From the IMG/VR virus record IMGVR_UViG_3300030708_003349, positions 1 through 30,865 of that record: a stretch of 30,865 nt of DNA. One strand, written 5' to 3'. The notes beneath the pieces are model-generated. The model was not told the origin of the DNA. It did not search any database and worked only from the letters and a program-made list of their open reading frames with translations. Both the position numbers and the translations under genes were made by a program. This document shows, in pieces, positions 10,777 to 19,179 of the stretch; the stretch's first letter is position 1; each line of letters starts with the position of its first letter. The DNA is from a virus. Its lineage: Duplodnaviria; Caudoviricetes.

Positions 10777-10832
10777 AAGCCACTTAGAGAACCGTCTGCT
10801 GAGTTCATCAGTAGGCGGTTTTCTGCTATAAT
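10777..10832 (+). promoter_or_regulatory. Degenerate dyad + stem-loop + extended -10 (TGCTATAAT) promoter for the helicase
   Basis: Hairpin AACCGTCTGCTGA/TCAGTAGGCGGTT followed by TT and TATAAT at 10827-10832. Confidence 0.65.
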
Positions 10833-10854
10833 GTCTTCATTGATTCAAGCACAC

Positions 10855-12015
10855 ATGACCGTCACTCTGCGTCCTCACCAGAAAGATGCTCTTCATGCCA
10901 TGCTAAACCATCAGAAGGGTCAGGTGATTGTGCCGACAGGTGGTGGTAAGACAATGTGTATGATCGAGGATACGAGGATCCATTTCAAATTATTTACCAA
11001 TCAAGTTCATGTGGTAGTAGCACCACGTATTCTTTTGGCAGAACAGTTGTGTTCTGAGTTCTTAGAGCACGTTGATGCACATGTGATGCATGTTCACAGT
11101 GGAGAAACAGATCACTTTAGCACTACTAAGGCAAAGACTATCAAAGCATGGTCTGACAATGTTGATGGTAATCGACTCATTTTTACAACATACAATTCAC
11201 TACGTCGTATTGAAGAGTCTGGTATCAATGTTGATACGATTTACTTTGACGAGGCTCACAACAGTGTCAAAAGAAATTTCCATCCTGCTACAGAGCACTT
11301 CAGTTCTGCTGCTGATCGTTGCTACTTCTTTACTGCGACTCCGAAACACTCTGTTGCTGTATCGAAACCAGGAATGAACAACTATAAGACTTATGGCAAC
11401 ATCATTTGCAATGTTCCTGCACCCAAGTTGGTTGATGAAGGTTACATTCTGCCACCTAAGGTCGTTGTGAACCAGTTACCTCAGGGTGACTTTAAGATGT
11501 CTGACTGTGACAATCTGATCTCTACAATTGATGACAATTCTCTTGACAAGATCTTGATTGCCGCACGGTCTACAAGACAGATTGTGAAGTTGTTGACTGA
11601 ATCTGATTTCTTTCCTGAGATCCGCAGTAGAGGTTACTCTTGCATGTATATCACGTCTAAGACTGGTGCATTTATCGATGGTGTGAAGGTCGATCGTGAA
11701 GAGTTCTTTAAGACTTTGAACGCATGGGGCAAGGATCCTGAGAAGAAATTCGTTGTATTGCACCACAGTATCCTATCCGAAGGTATCAACGTAAACGGTC
11801 TGGAAGCAGTCCTTTTCATGCGGAACATGGATTATATCGGAATTAGTCAGTCAATCGGTCGTGTGATCCGTCTAGGAGGGTCTGAGAAGACACATGGGCT
11901 TGTCTGTGTCCCAGTTTATGATAGAGTGGGGATCAACACTGCTAGATCCGTTCAAGCAGTTGTTGATACCGTCTTTGAGCAGGGTGAACCTGCCATCTCT
12001 GTAATCCGTCGATGA
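10855..12015 (+). CDS. Superfamily 2 DEAH-box helicase (ResIII-like)
   Basis: Q motif LRPHQ, Walker A PTGGGKT, DEAH, TAT, LSEGIN, QSIGRVIR; ATG 10831 overlaps the -10 box so 10855 is preferred. Confidence 0.92.
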   Translation: MTVTLRPHQKDALHAMLNHQKGQVIVPTGGGKTMCMIEDTRIHFKLFTNQVHVVVAPRILLAEQLCSEFLEHVDAHVMHVHSGETDHFSTTKAKTIKAWSDNVDGNRLIFTTYNSLRRIEESGINVDTIYFDEAHNSVKRNFHPATEHFSSAADRCYFFTATPKHSVAVSKPGMNNYKTYGNIICNVPAPKLVDEGYILPPKVVVNQLPQGDFKMSDCDNLISTIDDNSLDKILIAARSTRQIVKLLTESDFFPEIRSRGYSCMYITSKTGAFIDGVKVDREEFFKTLNAWGKDPEKKFVVLHHSILSEGINVNGLEAVLFMRNMDYIGISQSIGRVIRLGGSEKTHGLVCVPVYDRVGINTARSVQAVVDTVFEQGEPAISVIRR

Positions 12016-12590
12016 ATTCCATGACCACAGCAACAATGCAACAGCACTTTATTGATCACCTTGAGAAAGGTGTTGACTGGAACAAGGTTTTCGGTGTTGC
12101 AGACTCTTTGTATGCAGACAAAGGATTTGTCACAAATGCAGACAACTTCACCCGTGCCGCAGGTGTAGAGAAAGCAGTCGCACAGTTCTCCAACCTTGTT
12201 CGTGTGGACCAAAAAGGATACGACTTTCTCTACGGTGAAGAGAAGATCGAAATGAAGATGGGAAAAAACCTCTTCCAAAAAAGAAATCCCCACGCCACAA
12301 AGCAGTTCAAGGTCAAGAACTTCTATGGTGAGAAGAAAACTCTTGAAGACTTTAAGACTCAAAAGACTTTCGACTACATGATGGTGATTGATCTGACTGC
12401 TCGTCGTGTGGTGGTTGTTGAAGACAACATCGCCCGTCCACTGTATGAAGAGTATGGTGATGGTGTTCACATCCGACTGGACATTGGTAACTACTACGAG
12501 TGTGACCTTGGAGAAATCAATCCTGTTATGCCACCTCTCAAACTGTCTCATGGGTACGATAAAGCCATGGAAGAGTTCCTGGATTTCTGA
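12012..12590 (+). CDS. Putative PD-(D/E)xK endonuclease
   Basis: GVEKAV helix then GYDFLYGEEKIEMK (D...ExK) and FDYMMVID; ATGA overlap with the helicase stop. Confidence 0.6.
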   Translation: MNSMTTATMQQHFIDHLEKGVDWNKVFGVADSLYADKGFVTNADNFTRAAGVEKAVAQFSNLVRVDQKGYDFLYGEEKIEMKMGKNLFQKRNPHATKQFKVKNFYGEKKTLEDFKTQKTFDYMMVIDLTARRVVVVEDNIARPLYEEYGDGVHIRLDIGNYYECDLGEINPVMPPLKLSHGYDKAMEEFLDF

Positions 12591-12622
12591 TATAATACAT
12601 AGGTAATCAAGGGAACAAACCC

Positions 12623-12766
12623 ATGAAATGCAAAGTCAAACTCTATGTTGCTGGCAAGGTCTTTGAAGAGACTGTGTATGCCAAAGACTATCAAGAGGCA
12701 AAGGAAGTTGCACTGGCACGGAATCCTAATGCAACTGTCGTTGGTGTCAACGCATCGTTCTTTTGA
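12623..12766 (+). CDS. Small hypothetical protein (47 aa, MKCKVKLYVAGKVFEE...)
   Basis: Manually translated; follows TATAAT at 12591 and GTAATCAAGGGAAC leader; TGATG coupling downstream. Confidence 0.8.
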   Translation: MKCKVKLYVAGKVFEETVYAKDYQEAKEVALARNPNATVVGVNASFF

Positions 12767-12996
12767 TGTCTAACAACTTTTTGAAACCTTTTGTTCCAAG
12801 ACCAGGAATCCTCGACCCCAAACTTGGGGATCCCCTTGGATTTGTTACCAATGATGGTATGTGGGCTGCTGTTCCGTGTGGAAAAAAGTTCACTATCATA
12901 CATAAAGGTAGTCCAATAAAGGTTTTAAACACCTACAAACAATCAGTTGATTTTATCAAGAATCAATTGAAAACAAAAAAACGGAGGTCTCCATGA
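12766..12996 (+). CDS. Hypothetical protein
   Basis: ORF track; coupled to neighbours. Confidence 0.75.
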   Translation: MSNNFLKPFVPRPGILDPKLGDPLGFVTNDGMWAAVPCGKKFTIIHKGSPIKVLNTYKQSVDFIKNQLKTKKRRSP

Positions 12997-13172
12997 GTGA
13001 CAAGCACCAAAAACGTCGTGATGCTCTTGGTCTATTTTACGAAAGTGTGTTAAAGCCAGATTCAGAACTGAGGCAATGTGCACACAACCAAGAATGTTTT
13101 CACGAGTTGATGGAATGGAGATCTGACATTCTGGAATATCTTGATCAACGTAGGGTTCAGGAGTTCCACTAA
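12993..13172 (+). CDS. Hypothetical protein (59 aa, MSDKHQKRRDALGLFYES...)
   Basis: Manually translated; GGAGG RBS, ATGA and TAATG coupling. Confidence 0.8.
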   Translation: MSDKHQKRRDALGLFYESVLKPDSELRQCAHNQECFHELMEWRSDILEYLDQRRVQEFH

Positions 13173-13414
13173 TGAACCTCCAATACATGTGGTTACTTGT
13201 ATTTGGAGTTATGATGTATGCTGTTGTGACAGATGAAAATGTCGCAGCAGCATTTTTTTATGTGTCTAAGTTAGCAAAGACTAATATAAAGAGACAGTGG
13301 TGGTGGATAACTAACAATCCTCGCAATCCTGTGGTAAAATATCTAATGTACCGTCGTTCTTTGCGTTTAGCTAAGGAGTTGATGGGAAAAATAAATAAAG
13401 ATAAAGAGACATAA
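13172..13414 (+). CDS. Hypothetical membrane protein
   Basis: N-terminal hydrophobic segment; TAATG coupling. Confidence 0.75.
   Translation: MNLQYMWLLVFGVMMYAVVTDENVAAAFFYVSKLAKTNIKRQWWWITNNPRNPVVKYLMYRRSLRLAKELMGKINKDKET
13390..13397 (+). promoter_or_regulatory. T4-like late promoter AATAAATA
   Basis: NATAAATA 21 nt before ATG 13419. Confidence 0.6.
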
Positions 13415-13418
13415 ATTT

Positions 13419-13733
13419 ATGTTATCTACTGCATACCGCCTTCGTCTTGAATCTATTTGTCGTTGCATTGCAAACAACGAAGAAGTTCCTTTAGAGGACA
13501 TGATATGGGCAGAAAAACTTGCTAAAGCACATACTCTTGCTAGAGATTGGTTGAACAAAGCACGTCGTCAGGCATCACAAGATATTGAAGAAGGCAGTAT
13601 GGACGATTTTATGAATAGGATGGGTTTAGGTGACCCCGATCCATCCAATTATAAAACGGGGTTTGATGGTGCCGATGAAATCGTTGATTGGTTTCAACGT
13701 GACAAACCAGATGATTGGAGGCAACGTGACTGA
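13419..13733 (+). CDS. Hypothetical cyanophage protein
   Basis: 104-aa ORF behind late promoter. Confidence 0.82.
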   Translation: MLSTAYRLRLESICRCIANNEEVPLEDMIWAEKLAKAHTLARDWLNKARRQASQDIEEGSMDDFMNRMGLGDPDPSNYKTGFDGADEIVDWFQRDKPDDWRQRD

Positions 13734-13863
13734 AAAAATTACACCAGAAACATATGAAAAGATGAACGAAGAATTCATCGAAGATGGACTTGCTTTTAGC
13801 ATCATAGTTCCCACTCAAGAACAAATCGACGATTGGATTGAAAGGAGTAATGATGCTAACTAA
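13726..13863 (+). CDS. Small hypothetical protein
   Basis: GTG start after GGAGG; fills gap between neighbours. Confidence 0.65.
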   Translation: MTEKITPETYEKMNEEFIEDGLAFSIIVPTQEQIDDWIERSNDAN

Positions 13864-14080
13864 TTGTACCGTCACTGATAAAGACGGAAAAGTTACCGAT
13901 TATATCTGGGACGACCAGAAGAAAACCATGGTAGAAGGAAGAATCGAAAAAGAAATCCCCTGGAGTGTACTGCATCAAATTGCAGATGGATTAAAGGGTA
14001 GATTGGTTCATATCACCTGTGTAGATCACACTGGTAGACACTACAAAAGAATCGTTATCGAATACGAGGAGCAAAAGTAA
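13850..14080 (+). CDS. Hypothetical protein
   Basis: AGGAG RBS before ATG 13850; TAATG coupling downstream. Confidence 0.72.
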   Translation: MMLTNCTVTDKDGKVTDYIWDDQKKTMVEGRIEKEIPWSVLHQIADGLKGRLVHITCVDHTGRHYKRIVIEYEEQK

Positions 14081-14316
14081 TGGAAGCAGTTATCTATTCA
14101 AACGGAAACCAAGAGTGTGAACGTGCTAAAACATTATTAGAAAACCTTAACTTTCAGATATCTGTATATAAATTAAATCAGCACTTCTCACAAAAAGGTT
14201 TTGTTGCTGAATTTGGTGAGGAGGCAGAATACCCACAAGTTAATGTTGGTTTTAGACATATTGGTGGGTTAAAAGAAACACTTCAATACATGAACGAAAA
14301 GGGAATGTTCTTATGA
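14080..14316 (+). CDS. Glutaredoxin-like protein (single Cys)
   Basis: VIYSNGNQECERAK, YPQV, HIGG glutaredoxin pattern; first Cys of CxxC replaced by Asn. Confidence 0.8.
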   Translation: MEAVIYSNGNQECERAKTLLENLNFQISVYKLNQHFSQKGFVAEFGEEAEYPQVNVGFRHIGGLKETLQYMNEKGMFL

Positions 14317-14522
14317 ATCCTGTTATCCTAATTGCTTGTTTTTCACCATTAGCGGCGATTTGGATTGTAATGAAAGTAGCAGTTTGGTTTTCCGCAGTTA
14401 ATGACGAGAGAAACTATGTCAGAGCAGAATCCAAAAAACCACACGGACCTTATGTGGCAGATGCATATGCAGACGTTGACGAAGAGGAAGAAGAATATGG
14501 AAGTCGCACAGACTATCGATGA
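14313..14522 (+). CDS. Small membrane protein with acidic tail
   Basis: Hydrophobic N-terminus, ATGA coupling. Confidence 0.72.
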   Translation: MNPVILIACFSPLAAIWIVMKVAVWFSAVNDERNYVRAESKKPHGPYVADAYADVDEEEEEYGSRTDYR

Positions 14523-14646
14523 GGCACTCTATCAGTACTACACTGTAGAGAATGATCTGCCAGTGCCAAATTGGAGACAAATTAAAGATCCAGATTGGTG
14601 GGTACAATACCTTAAAGACATGGGACTTGACCCACGGAATAGATAG
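14497..14646 (+). CDS. Small hypothetical protein
   Basis: GAGG RBS, 3' part of track ORF 14401..14646. Confidence 0.65.
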   Translation: MEVAQTIDEALYQYYTVENDLPVPNWRQIKDPDWWVQYLKDMGLDPRNR

Positions 14647-14655
14647 TGTTATAAT
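14627..14655 (+). promoter_or_regulatory. Sigma70-type promoter TTGACC-N17-TATAAT
   Basis: Near-consensus hexamers with TG extension. Confidence 0.8.
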
Positions 14656-14677
14656 ACTGGCATAATAAACTTACATC

Positions 14678-14869
14678 ATGGACTACAAACCCTATTCGCC
14701 AGAGTGGCATCGTAAAAGATACCTGAAAGAGGCGTTGGATAAGTATTTTGATGACTATGTGGATGTGGAAACTATTCGGGAAGACATCTACGACATTCTT
14801 CATTCTCGTGCCAGTGATGCGTATGAAGAATATAATCGTGTAAATAAGTTAGCAGAATCTCTTTCATGA
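14678..14869 (+). CDS. Hypothetical protein
   Basis: 63-aa ORF directly after promoter. Confidence 0.78.
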   Translation: MDYKPYSPEWHRKRYLKEALDKYFDDYVDVETIREDIYDILHSRASDAYEEYNRVNKLAESLS

Positions 14870-15135
14870 GTGCTTTCTTAAGTTTTCTTTTTGCCGTAAC
14901 TTTATGGGTTCAAGTTCCTCAATGGTCAGATGATTGGAGTAATTGTGCTGTTGATGTTCCTGATGCATCTTGCCACTGGTATATTGTTAACGCCGACAAT
15001 ACCTTTGGAGAGGGATTCGACTGGGAAACAGCACCGTGGTATTCAGTAGAAGGTTTACAGGATATCGCAAACCTCCACGATAATGTGCTAGAATCTGGTC
15101 ATCAGTATACTCTGCAAGCACTTCAAAATCAATGA
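14866..15135 (+). CDS. Hypothetical protein with signal-peptide-like N-terminus
   Basis: ATGA coupling; hydrophobic N-terminus. Confidence 0.72.
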   Translation: MSAFLSFLFAVTLWVQVPQWSDDWSNCAVDVPDASCHWYIVNADNTFGEGFDWETAPWYSVEGLQDIANLHDNVLESGHQYTLQALQNQ

Positions 15136-15290
15136 ACTTTACCTCCGAAGAGTTAAAATATCTCAATCGTGTACTAGAGTGTGCTAGCAGTTATACTATT
15201 GCTAGAGCAGAGCAAATTGATTTTGTTTCTGTAAGTCATAAAAAACTTCAGCAAAAAATCAAAGATAAAATTCACAGGATGTGCTCATGA
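15132..15290 (+). CDS. Small hypothetical protein (52 aa)
   Basis: Manually translated; ATGA overlap at both ends. Confidence 0.7.
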   Translation: MNFTSEELKYLNRVLECASSYTIARAEQIDFVSVSHKKLQQKIKDKIHRMCS

Positions 15291-15700
15291 AAAAGAATGA
15301 CACTGTAGAATACATTGGATGTTCTAAAGAACAAGTCAAATGGGGAAATAATGATGATCCTAGATCATGTTTGATCCTTGGAAAGGAGTATATAATTGAG
15401 AAGGTAGATGTTCATAAGCAACATACAAAGATCAAATTGTATAATAAGATGGGATGGTTCAACTCAGTTTGCTTTCGAGTAACAAATTCTGAGTTAAATA
15501 CTTATTCCAACTATGAGACAGACATGGAACCATCTGACATACAACTGGACAGCACTGCAAAGATGTTTGAGTATGAAAAGTTGTCACGGGAAATTGAAAA
15601 CTGTGATAACATAGACGAGCTCAAACAAACGGCCCGTGCTTTTATCAAACTCTACCTGAAGCATCAGGAAGTCACTGCAAATGCTCTTAAATTAACATGA
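15287..15700 (+). CDS. Two-domain hypothetical protein; C-terminal 58 aa possibly NblA-like
   Basis: N-terminal beta domain; from ATG 15524 a helix-loop-helix pattern LDSTAKMFEYEKLSREI...ELKQTARAFIKLYLKHQEV. Confidence 0.6.
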   Translation: MKKNDTVEYIGCSKEQVKWGNNDDPRSCLILGKEYIIEKVDVHKQHTKIKLYNKMGWFNSVCFRVTNSELNTYSNYETDMEPSDIQLDSTAKMFEYEKLSREIENCDNIDELKQTARAFIKLYLKHQEVTANALKLT

Positions 15701-15924
15701 ATTTGATTCAACGTGATGATCCTCGGTATTTCACCCAAACTTCTGATAAACCTTATGATCGACACAAATACAAAGTAGTCTATCATTCTGGTGATTTTGG
15801 CAATGACTACAAAATTGTAGATTCTTGGGAGGAAGTACAAGAAATCTGGTGGAATAGTATTCCACAATTCATTTCACATGTTGAAGTGCTAGATAAAAAA
15901 ACAAATAGTAGAGGTTTTAAATGA
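15697..15924 (+). CDS. Hypothetical protein
   Basis: 75-aa ORF, coupled to neighbours. Confidence 0.78.
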   Translation: MNLIQRDDPRYFTQTSDKPYDRHKYKVVYHSGDFGNDYKIVDSWEEVQEIWWNSIPQFISHVEVLDKKTNSRGFK

Positions 15925-16688
15925 AAGAAGAAATGTTAGTATTAGAGGAATGGAGAAAAGTTGTAGTTGATGGCAAAGAAAATTCTTGGTATTCTGTATC
16001 AAATTTTGGACGTGTTCGCAGTCATCTACAAGTTGTATCTAGGGGGGCGAAGGGATTTACTACAATCTATAACCCAGATTTCTCTAAAGACCTAGTACTC
16101 GTTAAAGATAAAAGGAAAGATGGTTCTCTCTCTAAAATCAGAGTCAGTCTTCAATTTCCTGAAGATTTTTTTGAAGATTATCAATATAGAAGAACACGAG
16201 ATACTGACTCTAATACAAATAAATCTTGCGATCTGCATCAATTGGTAATGGCAGCATTTCGTCCTATGGATGAATGTCCTCCCAACAGATTGAAAGATTG
16301 TTGGAATGATATTCCAGAAGATGCAAAAACTTGGATCAAACAAACTACTATCATTAACCATATTGATCACGATCCATCTAATAATCATGTTGACAATTTG
16401 GAATATGTGACTCCCAGAGAGAACTCTCGTGCTGCTGTAAAACATTATGATGGTAATCTTGCAAACAAAGGAAAACAAAATGATGATGAATTTATAGTAA
16501 TCACTGAACGGAAATACAACCCATTGTTGCAGGAATGGGAAGATGGTCAAATTGAATTTCTTGGTGAAGAGGGAAAAGAGTGCTATAATATGGTAGAAAC
16601 CATTGCAAAAGAGCGTGGTTGTACTCCAGATGAAGCATTTTGGGGGGCAATTCGAAGGGGACTTAAGGATGAGCGTACAGTTTCGTAA
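15921..16688 (+). CDS. NUMOD4 + HNH free-standing homing endonuclease
   Basis: EEWRKV...YSVSNFGRVRS (NUMOD4); LHQLVMAAF...INHIDHDPSNNHVDNLEYVTPREN (HNH_3). Confidence 0.88.
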   Translation: MKEEMLVLEEWRKVVVDGKENSWYSVSNFGRVRSHLQVVSRGAKGFTTIYNPDFSKDLVLVKDKRKDGSLSKIRVSLQFPEDFFEDYQYRRTRDTDSNTNKSCDLHQLVMAAFRPMDECPPNRLKDCWNDIPEDAKTWIKQTTIINHIDHDPSNNHVDNLEYVTPRENSRAAVKHYDGNLANKGKQNDDEFIVITERKYNPLLQEWEDGQIEFLGEEGKECYNMVETIAKERGCTPDEAFWGAIRRGLKDERTVS

Positions 16689-17139
16689 GCATCGGGTTTT
16701 TCGTGAGACTCCCGATGTTGTGTTCTATGACATTAGTGTAGATGATTCAAACGCATCTGATCTTGTGGTACATGAAGGACCAGCAATTTCACCACCAGAT
16801 GATGTCATCGGTGCAAAACAGTTCTATATCCACTATCATCAAGTGGACCATAATCGTGTCCTCTCAGGAGAAAGAACGTTTGAACTTGTGAACTTTGATT
16901 GGAAGTTTCCTTATCATATTGTTCACATGAATCGTAAGAGTGGAGCACTGGTAGTTCCTATCGGAACATATCATCGTAGCATCTCAGGTGCTGATGGTTC
17001 TATTGTAATCAATCAAGCAGTTAGAGATGATGAATTTGATCCAGACACAGAGTTTATCCCTGTTAGTGCTGGAAACAATCCTGAACTTTATCGAGTTCTT
17101 GTACACGAACAACCTGTAATTCATGACATTGGAGAGTAA
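16669..17139 (+). CDS. Cupin-fold protein
   Basis: YIHYHQVDHNRVLSG and LVVPIGTYHRS match two cupin His motifs. Confidence 0.75.
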   Translation: MSVQFRKHRVFRETPDVVFYDISVDDSNASDLVVHEGPAISPPDDVIGAKQFYIHYHQVDHNRVLSGERTFELVNFDWKFPYHIVHMNRKSGALVVPIGTYHRSISGADGSIVINQAVRDDEFDPDTEFIPVSAGNNPELYRVLVHEQPVIHDIGE

Positions 17140-17142
17140 TGG

Positions 17143-17481
17143 ATGCCCGTAAAGAAGAAAACTACTACAACTCCGAAAGCGAAGGTAAAGAATTCGACGA
17201 CGAGTTCTGGAAAGAATACGACTCGCAAAGCAAAGAAACCTTCATCAACACTTGCGAAGAAACCTACGGCAAAGAAAAGTGTCACGAAGAAACCTACACT
17301 CAAGAGAAAGAAACTTCCGATTGAGGAATTGCATCCTTTCTCAGCATTTCCATATCGTTTAGAGTATAAAGATGGAACAGATACCAGAATCTGTCACTTC
17401 GAATGTGAAGAACACAGAAACAAACACATCCAACGATACAAACTCCGCAAAGGAAGTTACTTCATCGACAACTTTACCTAA
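17143..17481 (+). CDS. Protein with Lys/Thr-rich N-terminal tail and small globular C-terminal domain
   Basis: PVKKKTTTTPKAK...AKKPTAKK followed by FPYRLEY...CHFECEEH. Confidence 0.7.
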   Translation: MPVKKKTTTTPKAKVKNSTTSSGKNTTRKAKKPSSTLAKKPTAKKSVTKKPTLKRKKLPIEELHPFSAFPYRLEYKDGTDTRICHFECEEHRNKHIQRYKLRKGSYFIDNFT

Positions 17482-17614
17482 AGATCCTATCATTCCCTCC
17501 CTAATGTTTTTGGGAGTGATACTTGCCACATTGAGTGTCATTGTGTTAGGATACTTCAAGGGTAACATGCATTTGCTAACTACACTTAAAAACGCAAAGG
17601 AATTTTATGGCTAA
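17372..17614 (+). CDS. Small membrane protein (start uncertain)
   Basis: Single TM helix LMFLGVILATLSVIVLGYF; overlaps upstream gene by 110 nt. Confidence 0.6.
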   Translation: MEQIPESVTSNVKNTETNTSNDTNSAKEVTSSTTLPKDPIIPSLMFLGVILATLSVIVLGYFKGNMHLLTTLKNAKEFYG

Positions 17615-17759
17615 CACCGAGAAAAAACAATTTGTAAACTCCAAAGGTGATACCTGGGAGTATGAAGAGACTGAAGAAATGCGGAAGGCAGTAGAACGAC
17701 TGCACCAAACTATTCGAGAACTTGAAGCAAAAGCACCTGATTATGGAGTCGGTAAATGA
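17607..17759 (+). CDS. Small hypothetical protein (50 aa)
   Basis: Manually translated; AAGGA RBS, ATGA coupling. Confidence 0.72.
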   Translation: MANTEKKQFVNSKGDTWEYEETEEMRKAVERLHQTIRELEAKAPDYGVGK

Positions 17760-18007
17760 AACTACTAACACTTGAAGATTATCAAAAAGCAGGAGAAACA
17801 TTCTGGCCAAAGTATTGGTATGTTGCCAAAGAACTTGGTGAAGATGCAAAGGCAGAAGACATTCTCAAGGTAATGGAAGCAGTCGGTGGTGTTGCACTTC
17901 GACTTGCATTAGAAGAAAAAGAAGGCCCTTTCGGATTTAACAAAAAAGAAAATGATTCAAACGGACAAGAAACCAACGATCACAACATCGCTGGGTGGGA
18001 CTGTTGA
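17756..18007 (+). CDS. Hypothetical protein
   Basis: GGAG RBS, 83 aa. Confidence 0.78.
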   Translation: MKLLTLEDYQKAGETFWPKYWYVAKELGEDAKAEDILKVMEAVGGVALRLALEEKEGPFGFNKKENDSNGQETNDHNIAGWDC

Positions 18008-18242
18008 AAAACATGTTCCTGAAGATGTTGTTTGGATTGATGATGCTTTCTACATCAAAAAAACACGTTTTGGGTTACATACTAGCATCTTGAAAGAACC
18101 TTATGGTGCTCACTTCATTACTGGGATGCATTATGAAGATGTTCTTAAAATGACAAGATGGCATCTAATGTGTCTTCAAGATGGAAGTCTCGATGATTAT
18201 ACTAGAGTAGTAAATAGTGGTGTAGTTGGTGGTAAACTCTGA
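17952..18242 (+). CDS. Hypothetical protein
   Basis: 96 aa, TGATG coupling downstream. Confidence 0.75.
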   Translation: MIQTDKKPTITTSLGGTVEKHVPEDVVWIDDAFYIKKTRFGLHTSILKEPYGAHFITGMHYEDVLKMTRWHLMCLQDGSLDDYTRVVNSGVVGGKL

Positions 18243-18421
18243 TGTATGAAGAACTTGATTGTTTTGAAAGAGCACTACAACATTTTGGCACACGAGTAGA
18301 GATTATCACTGCTATGGAAATGGCAAACAAACTATCTACCGAAGATGCCTATCAAATGATTAAAGAAGAACTTAAAGAGTTGAAAAAATGTCGTAAACAA
18401 TTGAAGAAAGATGGATGCTGA
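18242..18421 (+). CDS. Small hypothetical protein (59 aa, MYEELDCFERALQHFGTRVE...)
   Basis: Manually translated; TGATG coupling. Confidence 0.75.
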   Translation: MYEELDCFERALQHFGTRVEIITAMEMANKLSTEDAYQMIKEELKELKKCRKQLKKDGC

Positions 18422-18578
18422 TGATGGTTTGAAAGTTCATCAAAATGATGACGGTACATTCAGTCTCGAATGGGACAAAGATGATCCTAAATGGAATTTT
18501 CTCAATGGGATGACATCCAAAGAAATCGTTGCTATCATAGAGGAGGCAATCAAAAATGACTCAGATGTCCAACATTAA
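18411..18578 (+). CDS. Small hypothetical protein (55 aa)
   Basis: Manually translated; fills operon gap. Confidence 0.65.
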   Translation: MDADDGLKVHQNDDGTFSLEWDKDDPKWNFLNGMTSKEIVAIIEEAIKNDSDVQH

Positions 18579-18647
18579 AGATGTCACCGACTCTCTAGAA
18601 GATTGGGAAGACTTCTGGTATAATGAAGATGTAACTACAGATCAAAC

Positions 18648-18872
18648 ATGGCACTATCAAAATCAGTTGAAGAATCACTCAAAGAAGCAGAACAATCACT
18701 CCGAAATGCACTAGCTTTTGCTGCGAGACAAGAGAGACCAATGGTTTGTAGTGTCATTGCCGATTTAATCAGTAAGATTGAATCCATGCAAGAAACTGAC
18801 TCTATTTTGGACAAACTTGAGAATCGCAAACCAGGAGATTCTGGCATGTTCGGTAACATATTTGACGAATAA
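18648..18872 (+). CDS. Hypothetical helical protein
   Basis: 74-aa ORF. Confidence 0.78.
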   Translation: MALSKSVEESLKEAEQSLRNALAFAARQERPMVCSVIADLISKIESMQETDSILDKLENRKPGDSGMFGNIFDE

Positions 18873-18946
18873 TCCCAAAGAAAATCTTAAATTTCTAGAT
18901 AGTACTAGATTCTAATGTTAGAATTTGGAAACATCGCACGAGATCT

Positions 18947-19141
18947 ATGACACTTCCATCCAACGGCAAAAAACTGACCAAAAACGAAGAGAAAAGCATG
19001 AAAATTGCCCTAGAACAGGCAGATATTCGTGCAATTCACCCCGAAAGGATGGAAGCACTGGCAGATTCTATGGTAACAAAACTGAAAGGAAATGCCACAA
19101 ATGCTCAGGGTTGGCGCACTACAAGTGCACTTAATGAGTAA
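18947..19141 (+). CDS. Hypothetical protein
   Basis: 64-aa ORF after TGT-TAGAAT extended -10. Confidence 0.7.
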   Translation: MTLPSNGKKLTKNEEKSMKIALEQADIRAIHPERMEALADSMVTKLKGNATNAQGWRTTSALNE

Positions 19142-19146
19142 TTTTC

Positions 19147-19154
19147 AATAAATA
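19147..19154 (+). promoter_or_regulatory. T4-like late promoter AATAAATA
   Basis: NATAAATA 25 nt upstream of cp12. Confidence 0.65.
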
Positions 19155-19179
19155 GTACAAAGCTTTACAAAAACTTCAC

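Noticed and set aside
11952-12551. 199-aa minus-strand ORF
   Set aside because: Antisense to the coupled + strand nuclease-like gene; no motifs or promoter
18556-18713. Small ORF after GAGGAGG (MTQMSNIKDVTDSLEDWEDFWY...)
   Set aside because: Good RBS but overlaps the next gene substantially; may be real but not supportable from sequence alone
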